A stretch of 29,545 nucleotides of DNA from a virus (IMGVR_UViG_3300032312_001032:1-29545), one strand, 5' to 3'. Numbered from the stretch's first letter, positions 14,070 to 25,855 are shown. The notes: generated from the letters alone by a model not told the origin. Numbers and translations are program-made.

Positions 14070-15010
14070 TGACACCTCAAGAGTTAGAAAATCAAAGACA
14101 GAAAGAACAGGTTAAGAGAGATAAACTTAAACAGAAGCTTAAGTTAGCTCGAACTGTTGCTGGCACTGCTATAATAACAGGGGCAACACAACTGAAAGGC
14201 CTAGATAGGATAAATCAAAGTATAAACACTAAAGTAGCTAACCTTCAAAGCAGAGCTACAGATCGATTATTTGAATTAGCCGCAAGTCTAGGAATTGAAG
14301 GATTAGAGACTGGAAACCCAACCTTACCGGATCTATGTCCCTCAAAAGCTATCTTAGCTAGAATTACTACATTACGAGATAGTCTTATTGATGATATTGA
14401 TGTTGTTGCAAAATATGTTAACATTATAGATAAATCACTAAATATCGTTAGCGAACTACTAAGCGGATCCATAACAACATTAACAGCTCTGAATGCATTA
14501 AAACTAACATCTTCTGCTGCTACCAAACTTGTACCTGTAGTACCAGGAGCAATAACCGCCCTACTATCCGATTTAGATGATGTTAGAACGCTACTAACTT
14601 TCAAGACCGACGGTACCCCTAAACTACCCGAGTTGAAAAGAGCAGTTGATTTAGGATCAACCTATATCTCTCAAGCAAGTCAAATTCTAAATACTATCAC
14701 AACACTGCTATCCTTTATTGATCAAGTGTTGAAAAAATGCGGTGAACAGCCTAAAGATATTCCTTCAGATATCACAGCACTAACTGCAATTGTGCAGACA
14801 GTAGGCAACACAGATCTACTATACAGAGGATTTACTTTTGAAATTGTAGAAAAATATTTTAGCCCAACCTTAAATCAGAAGATAGGTCAAGCTAGAAACA
14901 AACAAGGAATTGTACTGTTACAAACAGAACCTTCTTTTACCCAAGATCCTCAAGTACTTATCGAGGAGTTAAAACTCATCATAGATAGAGACAACCTAAA
15001 AGCCGATTAA
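14069..15010 (+). CDS. hypothetical helical baseplate-region protein
   Basis: 313 aa; start overlaps the upstream stop. Confidence 0.85.
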   Translation: MTPQELENQRQKEQVKRDKLKQKLKLARTVAGTAIITGATQLKGLDRINQSINTKVANLQSRATDRLFELAASLGIEGLETGNPTLPDLCPSKAILARITTLRDSLIDDIDVVAKYVNIIDKSLNIVSELLSGSITTLTALNALKLTSSAATKLVPVVPGAITALLSDLDDVRTLLTFKTDGTPKLPELKRAVDLGSTYISQASQILNTITTLLSFIDQVLKKCGEQPKDIPSDITALTAIVQTVGNTDLLYRGFTFEIVEKYFSPTLNQKIGQARNKQGIVLLQTEPSFTQDPQVLIEELKLIIDRDNLKAD

Positions 15011-15026
15011 TAAATATTTATAAAAA

Positions 15027-15407
15027 ATGGATACCAAGGTATTTAAAAAACTAATCAAAGAAGCTGTAAAAGAAGCAATTCAGGAAGAACTGAAGGAAAT
15101 TCTTTTAGAGGCAGTTCGTGCCCCAAAAACAATCGTAAAAGAGAGTTATGCAGCTCCGATCACGAGTCAAGCTATAACTCCCAGTACTCCAAGCATCAAT
15201 GCAAGAGATAAGTACAAAGAATTACTAGGGGGTATGATGGAATCAAGAAACGGAAACATCTCAATGACTTCAAACGACGCTTTAGGTTTTGGAGCCCAAC
15301 CTGGATACAGACCACCTGCTACCGTCAATACAGCCGGAGAAGGTTCTTCACTACCTCCTGGAGAGGTTAACCTAGACCAGATCATGGGTCTTATAAGTAA
15401 GAAGTAA
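15027..15407 (+). CDS. hypothetical late protein
   Basis: KKLIKEAVKEAIQEELKEILLE N-terminus; late motif at 15015. Confidence 0.85.
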   Translation: MDTKVFKKLIKEAVKEAIQEELKEILLEAVRAPKTIVKESYAAPITSQAITPSTPSINARDKYKELLGGMMESRNGNISMTSNDALGFGAQPGYRPPATVNTAGEGSSLPPGEVNLDQIMGLISKK

Positions 15408-15817
15408 TGGCATTTAATCCAAGGAAGATATACCCTATTGACTTGATCCCAAGTAAAGCTGTTGGGGTAGGTCTTCCTTTTAATGGAAATGCTGTTTTTA
15501 AACCTACCTTTACAACCAAAGACGCTATTAGGGTCAACTTAATTAATTTTCTATTAACCAGCCCAGGGGAGAAAGTATTCAATACTACTTTTGGAGCAGG
15601 TATACGAAATTATGTATTTCAACAAATTTCAACAGAATCAATATCTGAAGTAGCTTCTTATATAGAAGCTGTGATACAGAGGTACTTCCCCAACATACAA
15701 GGGACAGTAGAAGTAAAAACCACACCGGATTATAGCACTGTTTTCATATCAATAACCTACAGTATAGTAAACACCGGTCAAACCGACACAGTACAACTAA
15801 GTTTAAACAATGGCTGA
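15407..15817 (+). CDS. baseplate wedge subunit, gp25/GPW family
   Basis: NLINFLLTSPGEKVFNTTFGAGI motif. Confidence 0.88.
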   Translation: MAFNPRKIYPIDLIPSKAVGVGLPFNGNAVFKPTFTTKDAIRVNLINFLLTSPGEKVFNTTFGAGIRNYVFQQISTESISEVASYIEAVIQRYFPNIQGTVEVKTTPDYSTVFISITYSIVNTGQTDTVQLSLNNG

Positions 15818-17666
15818 AAATAAAGATATAAAATATTTTAATAGGGATTTCACAGGGTTAAAAAATCTACTAGTAGACTTCACAAAAACCTACTACCCTA
15901 ATACCTATAATGATTTCTCTCCATCATCTCCTGGGATGATGTTTATGGAGATGTCTGCTTATGTTGGAGATGTATTATCCTTCTACCTAGATAACCAGAT
16001 ACAAGAAACATTCACACAATACGCTAAACAGACCCCAAGCCTGTATACACTAGCCTATATGTTAGGGTATAAGCCAAAAGTAACAAAAGCTTCCACAGTC
16101 GGTATTGATTTTTACCAGCAACTTCCCGCAAAACTATCTGGCTTTAATTACATACCGGATTACGATTATGCTTTATCTTTTGCACCTAACACTCAGGTTA
16201 AAACCACCACAGGCGATAATTACTTCCTAGTTCAAGACACTATTGATTTTAACTCATCAAGCTCTTTAGATCCAACCGAAGTTACCGTATATCAGATATC
16301 AGCTGGAAGCCCGCAGTATTATTTACTTAAGAAAACTAGAAAAGCAACCTCCGGGCAGATCGAAACAGCGACGTTCTCTTTCGGTACTCCTGAGTCTTTC
16401 TCAACAGTAACTGTAGAAGATATTGACATTATTCAGATTCTAGACATAACAGACTCTGACGGTAATATCTGGTATGAAGTACCTTACCTAGGTCAAGAGA
16501 TGTTATTTATTCCTGTAAAGAATACTAATACAAGCAATCCTAATTATGCAACAGGAGAAGCTCCATATCTACTAACTCTAGAAAAGATCCAAAGACGCTT
16601 TGTAACCAGGTTTACATCAGCAGGAAATTTAGAAATCCAATTCGGTTCAGGGACAACTAATGATGTCGATGAAGTAATAACTCCTAACGCAGATAACGTA
16701 GGTATTGGATTACCTTACGAACAATCAAAATTAACAACTGCATTCGATCCTACCAACTTCCTATATACCGACACATACGGTATCGCCCCATCTAATACAA
16801 CTTTAACAGTTAGGTATCTAAAAGGAGGAGGAGTGTCCTCTAACGTTGATGCTAATACAATCACTAGTTTTGTAAACACAACAAACATCAATTTCCAAAA
16901 CAGCAATCTTAACTCAGTAACAGCTCAATACATTTTTAACAGTTTAGCCGTTACAAACCCCGTAGCTGCTTCAGGAGGAGGAGACGGTGATACTTTAGAG
17001 GAGATTAGACAGAACACACTAGTTGCTTACCAATCCCAGTTGAGAAACGTAACACCTAACGATTATCTAATTAGAGCATTATCAATGCCGTCAACATACG
17101 GCTCTGTAGCAAAAGCATACGTCGAACCAACAAAAGCATCCGACATTACACTTCCCGGTGAGATCTCGTCTACTTTAAATCTCTACGTTCTAGGGTATGA
17201 TCCTAGCACTAATCTAACTACAGTTTCTGATACAGTTAAGAACAACCTAAACACTTATCTATCGGAATATAGAATGGTAGGTGACAGTGTTAATATAAAA
17301 GATGGGTTTATAATTAATATCAGTGTTGATTTTGAAATAGTTGTTAGACCTAACTTCCCAAGCACAGAGGTACTTTCTAACTGCATCACAGAACTAAGAA
17401 CCTTCTTCGCAATTCAGAACCAGCAATTTAATCAACCAATAATCTACAGAGACTTATACTTGCTACTAGATAAAGTTGCCGGAATCCAAACAGTTAAGAC
17501 TGTGAACATAGGTAATAAAGTTGGAACCGCTTTAGGGTATTCTGATTATGCCTACGATATTAACTCAGCAACACAGGCCGGAATTATCTACCCTTCTGTA
17601 GATCCTATGATCTTTGAAGTTAAGTATCCCAATACAGATATTAAGGGCAGAGTAGTTTCTCTATAA
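15810..17666 (+). CDS. baseplate wedge subunit, T4 gp6/baseplate-J-like
   Basis: DF..LK...YNDF...PG..F.EM.AYVGDVLSFYLD; GGGDGDTLEEIR...R.VT..DY. Confidence 0.9.
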   Translation: MAENKDIKYFNRDFTGLKNLLVDFTKTYYPNTYNDFSPSSPGMMFMEMSAYVGDVLSFYLDNQIQETFTQYAKQTPSLYTLAYMLGYKPKVTKASTVGIDFYQQLPAKLSGFNYIPDYDYALSFAPNTQVKTTTGDNYFLVQDTIDFNSSSSLDPTEVTVYQISAGSPQYYLLKKTRKATSGQIETATFSFGTPESFSTVTVEDIDIIQILDITDSDGNIWYEVPYLGQEMLFIPVKNTNTSNPNYATGEAPYLLTLEKIQRRFVTRFTSAGNLEIQFGSGTTNDVDEVITPNADNVGIGLPYEQSKLTTAFDPTNFLYTDTYGIAPSNTTLTVRYLKGGGVSSNVDANTITSFVNTTNINFQNSNLNSVTAQYIFNSLAVTNPVAASGGGDGDTLEEIRQNTLVAYQSQLRNVTPNDYLIRALSMPSTYGSVAKAYVEPTKASDITLPGEISSTLNLYVLGYDPSTNLTTVSDTVKNNLNTYLSEYRMVGDSVNIKDGFIINISVDFEIVVRPNFPSTEVLSNCITELRTFFAIQNQQFNQPIIYRDLYLLLDKVAGIQTVKTVNIGNKVGTALGYSDYAYDINSATQAGIIYPSVDPMIFEVKYPNTDIKGRVVSL

Positions 17667-17682
17667 TTCCTATTTATAACAA

Positions 17683-18783
17683 ATGGCTGTTTATAAACTC
17701 TTCCCAGAGAAAGACGCTACTCTATATAGCGAGTACCCGGCAATGAATACCGGGATAGATGAAATATTGGAAGCAACTACTTCTAAAACATTAGCTGAAG
17801 TACCTGTAGTTAGTAGATTCCTTATAAAATTTCCGCAGAGTAGTATTGTAGATATAATTAGTAATAAAGTAACCGGATCTACCGCTATGTACTTAAAAAC
17901 ATATGTAGCAAAAGTAGAAGGACTAGCTCAAGACACTCTAATATATTGCTACCCTGTATCTGGTTCATGGCAAAACGGTACCGGAAAATACCTAAACAGT
18001 CCTGCTACTCAAAACGGAGTAAGCTGGGGCTTTAGAACAACATCCGGTTCTGCAGCATGGCAAACAGCATCCTTTACTACTGGAGCTACCGGGTCATGGT
18101 CTGGTTCCAACCAAGGCGGAGGTAACTGGTACACAGCATCAACATTCGCACAAAGTGCATCTTTCCAGTACAGAAGTACTTTTGATATAAACTACAATGT
18201 AACTAATACAGTGTTAGCTTGGTATAGTGGATCAATAATTAACGACGGCTTTATATTAAAACAGCAAGATGCAGCAGAATTTAATTTAGATAGGTTAGTC
18301 GAATTTAAATACTTCTCTGTAGATACTAACACAATATACCCTCCGCAGTTAGAAATAAAGTGGAATGATTTTGTATTTAATACAGGATCATCTTCCCAAA
18401 CCATCGTGCAAACATCACAGATGGTAATCTCGATTTTAAACAATATCGGCGCCTACGAACCAGAAACAGTTCAAAGGTTTAGAGTAAACTGTCGACCACA
18501 GTATCCTGCTCGAATATTCACAACCAGCTCATTCTACACTACAAATTACTACTTACCCACTTCTTCATACTGGTCCCTAGTAGATCTTGACACTAATGAA
18601 GTAGTCGTTGATTTTGATACAACCTACACTAAAGTAAGTGCAGATTCAACAAGTAATTACTTCGATATCTACATGGACGGTTTAGAACCAGAAAGGTACT
18701 ATAAAATATTATTTAAGGTGATTGCCGGAGGTAGTACTCAAATTGTAGATAATGCATACTACTTTAAAGTAATTAATAGCTAA
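17683..18783 (+). CDS. virion protein with DNRLRE/CBM96-like beta-sandwich
   Basis: DATLY...NTG...SRFLIKF...PQLEIKW pattern. Confidence 0.6.
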   Translation: MAVYKLFPEKDATLYSEYPAMNTGIDEILEATTSKTLAEVPVVSRFLIKFPQSSIVDIISNKVTGSTAMYLKTYVAKVEGLAQDTLIYCYPVSGSWQNGTGKYLNSPATQNGVSWGFRTTSGSAAWQTASFTTGATGSWSGSNQGGGNWYTASTFAQSASFQYRSTFDINYNVTNTVLAWYSGSIINDGFILKQQDAAEFNLDRLVEFKYFSVDTNTIYPPQLEIKWNDFVFNTGSSSQTIVQTSQMVISILNNIGAYEPETVQRFRVNCRPQYPARIFTTSSFYTTNYYLPTSSYWSLVDLDTNEVVVDFDTTYTKVSADSTSNYFDIYMDGLEPERYYKILFKVIAGGSTQIVDNAYYFKVINS

Positions 18784-19130
18784 TGAGTGAGAAAGTAAAT
18801 ATAGAAATTATAGGTTACAATCGACCTGAATTAACTAAGACTGTTGATACTCAATTTACTGAATTAATTACCTCTACTACTGCTTCACAGACTGTATCAG
18901 TATTACCAACAGTAAGTGAATTTTTTCAATACTACCAAGATTTATTCTATCAGATCCCTAAAACAGGAGAGATTAACTCGCATACATACCTAGTAGAGAC
19001 TAGCGGAGAATATATCGGAGGTGCAGAAGTTAACCAGGAAATAATAGCCTTACAGCAAGAAATTACACAACTACGTCAAGAGAACTTGCAATTACAACAA
19101 TCTTTAGTTAATATAACAACAGTACAATAA
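18783..19130 (+). CDS. hypothetical structural-module protein with C-terminal coiled coil
   Basis: 115 aa; coupled to both neighbours. Confidence 0.85.
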   Translation: MSEKVNIEIIGYNRPELTKTVDTQFTELITSTTASQTVSVLPTVSEFFQYYQDLFYQIPKTGEINSHTYLVETSGEYIGGAEVNQEIIALQQEITQLRQENLQLQQSLVNITTVQ

Positions 19131-22100
19131 TGGCTACACCTACAGTTTTCCCTATCTTACCACTAAATACTGAAGGACAGGAATTAACCCCTGTAGATGT
19201 AAGTTCTGTATCTACAATAACTCTACAAAACACTTTCGATGTAAATACAGATGTTATACAAGCATACCTGTATGACATTAATAATAATGTAATCTCTCGA
19301 CTAACTACAAATTATTCTGTAACTAGCGGGAATGTATCTGGAAGTACAATCACGGAATTAAATCTAGACCCAGCTGCCGATCTACAGAAAAATAATTACA
19401 CTCAAGGAACATATAATATTAATTATAACTTTCTAAGTGCTCTAGTACAGGGAAATCCTTTATTTAGAATACAGGAAATATCAAGCACCCGTACTGAGTT
19501 ACGAGTTTATAATTCAAGCTTCACGAGTACTGAAACTCAACAGGTTGTTGACAGTATAACTGCTTTTTTAAGCTCAACACCTACATTCCAAGGATACTAT
19601 TTAGACTTTGGATTAGATACAATAATATTAGGTGTTAACATCACAGCAGATAATAACTCTATTTTAATAAAGTTATATGAACCACTCCCAGATACTTACG
19701 GAATCAACACCGTATTTAACCTAGTAGAGAAGAAAGCCGAACCTGTTGCATACAATGTTAGCTTCCCTCAAGAGGAGGTTATATTCGATAGTACAAAGTA
19801 CTTGAGAGGTCCTAACTTTAATTTAAGAAACTCACAGCAATCAAACGCTTCTACTGATTATGAAACCTACGGAAGCTTATTTAGTGGAACTACTACATTA
19901 ACTAACCAACTAAAGAGCGTACTAGCTGAGCGTAGAGCAGAACTTAACACCGATTACACAAGTCTCCCTAATTTCGTCTTCTTTAGCTCAGCTGAACAGA
20001 GATTAATCAACTTCTATGAAAAAGCATCTCTAATTGAAGAATACACAAATCAGATAGACATCCTAAATACCCTAACATTAACGAATGAAGTTTCTGCAAG
20101 TAAAGCTTATTACCAGCAAAAAATTGATGATCTAATTGTTAATTTTGACGGATATGATTACTTCCTATACTTTGACTCAGGATCTAAATCTTGGCCTAAA
20201 TCAAATTCAACAAAGCCATATACCTTATACAGTACCGGATCCTCTCAAGTTTTAACTTGGTACCCAGAACAGATTAACTCAGGATCACTATACGATTCAA
20301 ACAACCAGAATTATGTATACAACATATATCCAGTTTACATAACTGAGGATACTGACAATGAACAATTCCGTCTATTCAACGAGATGGTTGCTCAAATGTT
20401 CGATCAGGTTTGGATGTATACAAAAGCGATCGAAAATCGTCAAAGCGGGGATAACAGGTTATCAGAAGGTATTTCAATCGATTTAGCTGCAGATGCATTA
20501 AGGTCTTACGGTGTTAGTCTGTATGAAAGTAGCTTCGCTAACGTAGATCTATACACCACTTACTTAGGAATAACACCCGAAGGAAGTACGTTACCGCCAA
20601 CCGGTAGTGAATGGATTACTAACTACGTCACCGCTTCTGCAGATACAACTCCATTTAACGACGCTCAAAAATTAATTTACAAAAGACTCTACCACAACCT
20701 ACCCTACCTTCTTAAAAAGAAAGGAACAGTATCAGGTCTAAGAGTACTACTAAATTGCTTCGGTATACCTGATACTATTCTTAAAATAAATGAATTTGGT
20801 GGGAAAGATAAAAATACCAATACCTGGGATAACTGGCAGTATCAATTTAATTATGCATACAGAGCAACAGGGTCAAACTACATATCATCTTCCTTCGTAT
20901 TAAACTCTGCCTGGGCAGCTTCAAATAATAGACCCTCTAGCGTAGCATTTAGATTTAAACCAGAAACCAACTACCCTACCCTAGCTACCCAAAGTCTATG
21001 GACTCTAAATTCAGGACAAGTTAAAGTTACTCTAGAGTATGCAGGATCAGGAACAGTTTCCGGATCTTATTCAGGATCAATAACAAATCCCTACAATAAT
21101 TACGGAACATTAAAATTTGTAGTCAATTCGACAACTTCTGCGAGTCTATACCTACCGTTCTTTAACGGAGACTGGTGGTCAGTATTAGTAACAAGTGGAA
21201 GTAGTGACGGGTATACTTTATACGCTAAAAGTAATACATTTGGAAATACAGTCAATAACACTATAGGGTTTCAAGCTTCAAGCTCCATTAATATAGTTAC
21301 CAACTGGTCTGGAAGCACTACCAGCTCATTCGGTAATGTATTCTCAGGTTCTTTCCAAGAACTTAGATATTATAAAGCAGTTTTAAACGAACTAGCATTT
21401 AACGATTACGTAATGAACCCTTCTTCTATAGAAGGTAATTCAACAAACAGTAGCCCTGAAGAATTAGTTTTTAGAGCTACTCTAGGAAGTGAACTTTATA
21501 CAGGGTCTATATCTGTACATCCTAAAAACACAGGTACATGGACAACCACATCCTCTTTTAATGGAACAAGTAATTTTTATTATAGTAATCCTCCAACCTT
21601 TAATACCAACTACGAATATGTTTATTTTGATCAACCGCCTGTAGGTATTCAAAACCCCGTAAACAGTAAAATTCAAAATCAAACAATCGTATTACCGCCA
21701 ACTGCCTCAACACAGTATAGTAGTAATAAAGTATTATCTGCAAACATATCAGTACAGCAAAACACTATTCAAAATCAAGACTACACTGCAGATGTCAATT
21801 ACGTAGAGATTGCCCTTTCCCCAACAAATGAAATTAACGATGATATTAATTCAAGCTTAGGATATTTTAATTTAGGAGAATATATTGGGGATCCGAGACA
21901 GATCTCTTCATCTGGATATAGCTACCCTGCCTTAGATTCATTATCACAGAATTACTTTCAGAAGTATAGTGAAAGTTACAACTGGAATGATTTTATTAGA
22001 ATAGTTAAGTATTTTGATAATGCTGTCTTTAGAATGCTTAAAGACTTTATTCCTGCAAGAGCAGGAGTAGCTACCGGCGTTGTTATTAAACAGCATTTGC

Positions 22101-24145
22101 TTGAAAGAAACAGACAAAGACCTGCCCAAGTATCTTATTCACAGTTAGAATACACAGGCTCAGTTACGTCTCTAGCAAGAGACTATCAAACAGGGTCTAT
22201 CGAGGTATTTACAGGTGGTGCCGGCGGATCAGTTAACGTACTAACCAACATATCACAATCATGGACTTCCTCTATCTTGACTAAGGCCGGACTAGTAACC
22301 GGGATAGAATCTTCACAGTATGAATTCTTCAACGGTGAGTACTCTGGTTCAACAATTGATGCAGTTAGAAATAAACTTCAAGACAATCCACTACTAGGAG
22401 CAGACTTTAGAGTAGGTATTCCTGACCTGCAGAATTTGAGTGTAAATATTTCCGGAGCTTTTTTTGAAAGTGGAAGTAACAGTGAATTCAAGACAGGTAC
22501 ACTACCTTTTAAGATCACAAACAGCCCATCTACCATATACAATACAACAACATACACCTACACCCCAGACTATAACACTATTAGCGATGTAAATATAGCT
22601 TTAGAAGGGGCATGGAGTAACCAAACCGGTAATGCTAGGTTCTACATTTATTTCGTAGAGAACGGAAACAATATCCTAGCATCTACACAATTTGAGAATA
22701 CAGGCACAGGAACTATAGAGCCTTTTAGTGAAACGTTAACCGTCTATAACGTTAGTTTAAATAATAACTCTTCATATTCGGTATTGTATGTATTCCAAAG
22801 CCTGGGAGTTAACCAGAGGACTATTTCACTCTCCAACCTAACTACCTGGACAGTATCAGTTGATAACTTATTTGCTCAATCAACCTACTACTTAGATCCA
22901 ACAGTATACACTCAGCAGAACTTCCCTGGAGACATAAACGATTATTCAGACTATAATAGTTTATTAAATAACGTTTACTCAAACAGAGTATCAAACTTAT
23001 ACTACGATGTAGACTATAACGGAGATGCGCTTAACCCAACAAACTTCACAACTATTATCAGTCAATCTGCAATTTACGCTCAAGTACAGGATTCGAATTA
23101 TGCTACAGGAAGTGTATGGAATAAAGGAAGGTATGAAGGAACTAAGTTAACAAGTGCGACATACAATACATATACTGATGGAGATACCTCTTACGGTAAG
23201 ACAGCAGTTATTGATAACTACTGTGATTATATCGCACAGTTTGACTGGGTAGGAGGAGCAGATCCAGAATATCCAGGCGGAGGAAATATTCACATCATTG
23301 GATTAATTCACACAGACGGAACTGTAATTGGATTAGATGGAAGTAATAGTAACTTAAATATAGTTGAACAGATTTTCAGACAAGGAGACTTAGCTACAGC
23401 TTACATTTCATCCTACAGTTCAAACCAGTCAGTAAGTACTGTAGAGATTGAAATAGGAGGAGGTTTATATCAAACAATCTTAGTAAATTCCGGCTCTAAT
23501 ACTGCCCAATTTACCCTTAAGTGGGAAAATGATGCTATTGCCTCTACCTACACCCCGGTATACTTTTTAACCGGTTCTGCACAAGCAACTACATTAATTG
23601 ACAATAACCAGAAATGGTTGTACCCTTTCTTAACCGGCAGTGATTCAAACTTAGGTAAAATTGAGTATTTAAGACCAGATTCTGCAGATCAGACTTTCTT
23701 CTTCTATAATAAGAACACTGGAGGGTACCCAACATCAAACGATACTAACCGTGGAGCAACACTGTATAAAGATACATTACTACCACTACAGTATGGAGAT
23801 TATATTAGATTCGGAACCACTGGGTCAATACAGAGTGATAGCGGATCACTTGACGGAAGCTTCTCAGGTCTTAGTTTAGCTGCTATCAGAACTCTAACCT
23901 TCACGACTGCTAGTCAAACAAGCAGCTTAGACATAGTACCTACAGTTATTAGTAGTAGTTTATTATTCGGAGCTTCAACCAATACAAATCAAAATTATAG
24001 AATCTTCAGAAGAATACCAAACGAAACCTTTGTGTTAGTTAAAAATAAACCAGTCTACGCTGGGGGTGGATTACTTATCCCTGCAAACTTCAATCCGAAT
24101 TACAATCCGTTGGATGTAGCACGTAAAGCTGGCATAACATTATAA
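19130..24145 (+). CDS. large baseplate protein, gp7-like, with LamG-like domain
   Basis: 1671 aa; LPYLLKKKGTVSGLRVLLNCFG and LKDFIPARA motifs typical of gp7/gpI-like wedge proteins. Confidence 0.65.
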   Translation: MATPTVFPILPLNTEGQELTPVDVSSVSTITLQNTFDVNTDVIQAYLYDINNNVISRLTTNYSVTSGNVSGSTITELNLDPAADLQKNNYTQGTYNINYNFLSALVQGNPLFRIQEISSTRTELRVYNSSFTSTETQQVVDSITAFLSSTPTFQGYYLDFGLDTIILGVNITADNNSILIKLYEPLPDTYGINTVFNLVEKKAEPVAYNVSFPQEEVIFDSTKYLRGPNFNLRNSQQSNASTDYETYGSLFSGTTTLTNQLKSVLAERRAELNTDYTSLPNFVFFSSAEQRLINFYEKASLIEEYTNQIDILNTLTLTNEVSASKAYYQQKIDDLIVNFDGYDYFLYFDSGSKSWPKSNSTKPYTLYSTGSSQVLTWYPEQINSGSLYDSNNQNYVYNIYPVYITEDTDNEQFRLFNEMVAQMFDQVWMYTKAIENRQSGDNRLSEGISIDLAADALRSYGVSLYESSFANVDLYTTYLGITPEGSTLPPTGSEWITNYVTASADTTPFNDAQKLIYKRLYHNLPYLLKKKGTVSGLRVLLNCFGIPDTILKINEFGGKDKNTNTWDNWQYQFNYAYRATGSNYISSSFVLNSAWAASNNRPSSVAFRFKPETNYPTLATQSLWTLNSGQVKVTLEYAGSGTVSGSYSGSITNPYNNYGTLKFVVNSTTSASLYLPFFNGDWWSVLVTSGSSDGYTLYAKSNTFGNTVNNTIGFQASSSINIVTNWSGSTTSSFGNVFSGSFQELRYYKAVLNELAFNDYVMNPSSIEGNSTNSSPEELVFRATLGSELYTGSISVHPKNTGTWTTTSSFNGTSNFYYSNPPTFNTNYEYVYFDQPPVGIQNPVNSKIQNQTIVLPPTASTQYSSNKVLSANISVQQNTIQNQDYTADVNYVEIALSPTNEINDDINSSLGYFNLGEYIGDPRQISSSGYSYPALDSLSQNYFQKYSESYNWNDFIRIVKYFDNAVFRMLKDFIPARAGVATGVVIKQHLLERNRQRPAQVSYSQLEYTGSVTSLARDYQTGSIEVFTGGAGGSVNVLTNISQSWTSSILTKAGLVTGIESSQYEFFNGEYSGSTIDAVRNKLQDNPLLGADFRVGIPDLQNLSVNISGAFFESGSNSEFKTGTLPFKITNSPSTIYNTTTYTYTPDYNTISDVNIALEGAWSNQTGNARFYIYFVENGNNILASTQFENTGTGTIEPFSETLTVYNVSLNNNSSYSVLYVFQSLGVNQRTISLSNLTTWTVSVDNLFAQSTYYLDPTVYTQQNFPGDINDYSDYNSLLNNVYSNRVSNLYYDVDYNGDALNPTNFTTIISQSAIYAQVQDSNYATGSVWNKGRYEGTKLTSATYNTYTDGDTSYGKTAVIDNYCDYIAQFDWVGGADPEYPGGGNIHIIGLIHTDGTVIGLDGSNSNLNIVEQIFRQGDLATAYISSYSSNQSVSTVEIEIGGGLYQTILVNSGSNTAQFTLKWENDAIASTYTPVYFLTGSAQATTLIDNNQKWLYPFLTGSDSNLGKIEYLRPDSADQTFFFYNKNTGGYPTSNDTNRGATLYKDTLLPLQYGDYIRFGTTGSIQSDSGSLDGSFSGLSLAAIRTLTFTTASQTSSLDIVPTVISSSLLFGASTNTNQNYRIFRRIPNETFVLVKNKPVYAGGGLLIPANFNPNYNPLDVARKAGITL

Positions 24146-24177
24146 AAGTTAATTAAACTACATATTTATAATAAATC

Positions 24178-24834
24178 ATGGGATATTTAAACAACACAGC
24201 AGTCACAGTTGATGCAATCTTAACCGCAAAAGGGAGAGAATTACTTGCCCGCGGTGACGGTTCTTTTAGAATTACACAATTTGCATTGGCAGACGACGAA
24301 ATCGACTACACTCTGTACAATCCAAACCAACCATCAGGCTCAGCTTTCTACGGGGAAGCTATTGAGAATATGCCACTACTTGAAGCATTTCCTGATGAAA
24401 CTCAAATTATGAAGTATAAGCTAGTAACTCTTCCTAGAGGTACTGCTAGAATGCCAGTGTTGGATATTGGATATTCTTCAATTACTATTAAGCAAGGTGC
24501 AGGATTAGCAATCACTCCGCAGACTTTAAATTACTTATCTCAGACATCTTTATTTGAATCTTCTGGATATACATTTACAATTTCTGATGTTAGGTTGTTT
24601 ACTACATTTAACGGGGTAGGAATTAATACTCCTGATGTTCAAGCTGCTAACCAAACAACCACAATTGGTACCTCAGTATCTAAGACAGTGATCGGAACTA
24701 CATTGAACTTGAGTGCTACAACAATCAATACTCTATTTGGAGGAAACACTTCATTATCAGCTACCTTACAAGTAGTAGGTAGAGACTCAGGTGCAAGACT
24801 TCAAATCCCAGTTACTGTTACTAAAAACAACTAA
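24178..24834 (+). CDS. baseplate/fibre-attachment protein
   Basis: AILTAKGRELLA...FRITQFALAD resembles the P2 gpH/DUF3751 N-terminus. Confidence 0.6.
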   Translation: MGYLNNTAVTVDAILTAKGRELLARGDGSFRITQFALADDEIDYTLYNPNQPSGSAFYGEAIENMPLLEAFPDETQIMKYKLVTLPRGTARMPVLDIGYSSITIKQGAGLAITPQTLNYLSQTSLFESSGYTFTISDVRLFTTFNGVGINTPDVQAANQTTTIGTSVSKTVIGTTLNLSATTINTLFGGNTSLSATLQVVGRDSGARLQIPVTVTKNN

Positions 24835-24842
24835 TACAGAAC

Positions 24843-25850
24843 ATGTCATTTAAAAGATTAGACCCAGAAGATTTTTTAGTAAGCGTTGATTCAATCACTG
24901 CTACTGCTTGGTCCACAAATAGCCCCACCCTAACAACATTCTTTACTTCATCAGTAACATCTACTAATGATAGTTACTATAAGAATGTTTTCCAGACAGC
25001 ATCTACTTTAAGTAATGCAGCAGTTCAGTTTGCAATCGCCTACGGTAATCAGTATGGATCTGGAAGTGCAAACTTCAATGATCTAGTACCCGGAGTATCT
25101 CCTACGAGAACAGTTTACGGTCAATATCGTAACTTGATATACGGAGATGAAAATTCTACTTTTAACTTCGGAGGAGTATCAGCAAATGATTTCTGGGCAA
25201 TATCTGTAGATAGAGCAAGATACAAAGAACATTTACTAAAAGGTACTTTTAATTTAAGATTAACAGGATCTGGTGGAACAGTAGGTACTCTAGTTTTAAC
25301 AGACAATTCCGGAATGGTATCAACCGATACTTATCTAGATTGCGGTAGAGTCTACCAGATCATCTCTGGTTCAAACGGAACTGCTAATACTAGCGTTAAC
25401 GCTAACGGATACTCTCTAAGCTCAGGATCTTATGGATTATTCTTACCAGATATTGCAACAATTATTCTTAATCCATTAGCTCTATCGCAATCAATAAACT
25501 TAAACCCTTCAAGATCTTCTGATTCAGATGGTTTAAATATTGGAAGATTATTCACCGCTATTTCAGGTGCTGCTTCTTTTCAAGTTAATAGTGAAGAGTC
25601 TGTAACTTCTGATTTTGTATTCGTTAGAGCAAGGAATAGTGAATTTAACTACTCAGAAAATCCTTCTTTCATTTCAGGATCTACAGGAGACGTTATATTC
25701 AGCAACTTTATTAATTCTCCTCAGACATACATGACTACTGTAGGATTCTACAATGATACTAACGATCTACTTGCCGTAGCAAAATTATCAAAACCATTAA
25801 CAAAAGATTTTACAAAAGAAGCTCTAGTTAGAGTTAAGCTTGATTTCTAA
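24843..25850 (+). CDS. baseplate structural protein, paralogue A
   Basis: C-terminal EFNYSENP...YMTTVGFYND..DLLAVAKLSKP. Confidence 0.7.
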   Translation: MSFKRLDPEDFLVSVDSITATAWSTNSPTLTTFFTSSVTSTNDSYYKNVFQTASTLSNAAVQFAIAYGNQYGSGSANFNDLVPGVSPTRTVYGQYRNLIYGDENSTFNFGGVSANDFWAISVDRARYKEHLLKGTFNLRLTGSGGTVGTLVLTDNSGMVSTDTYLDCGRVYQIISGSNGTANTSVNANGYSLSSGSYGLFLPDIATIILNPLALSQSINLNPSRSSDSDGLNIGRLFTAISGAASFQVNSEESVTSDFVFVRARNSEFNYSENPSFISGSTGDVIFSNFINSPQTYMTTVGFYNDTNDLLAVAKLSKPLTKDFTKEALVRVKLDF

Positions 25851-25855
25851 AATGA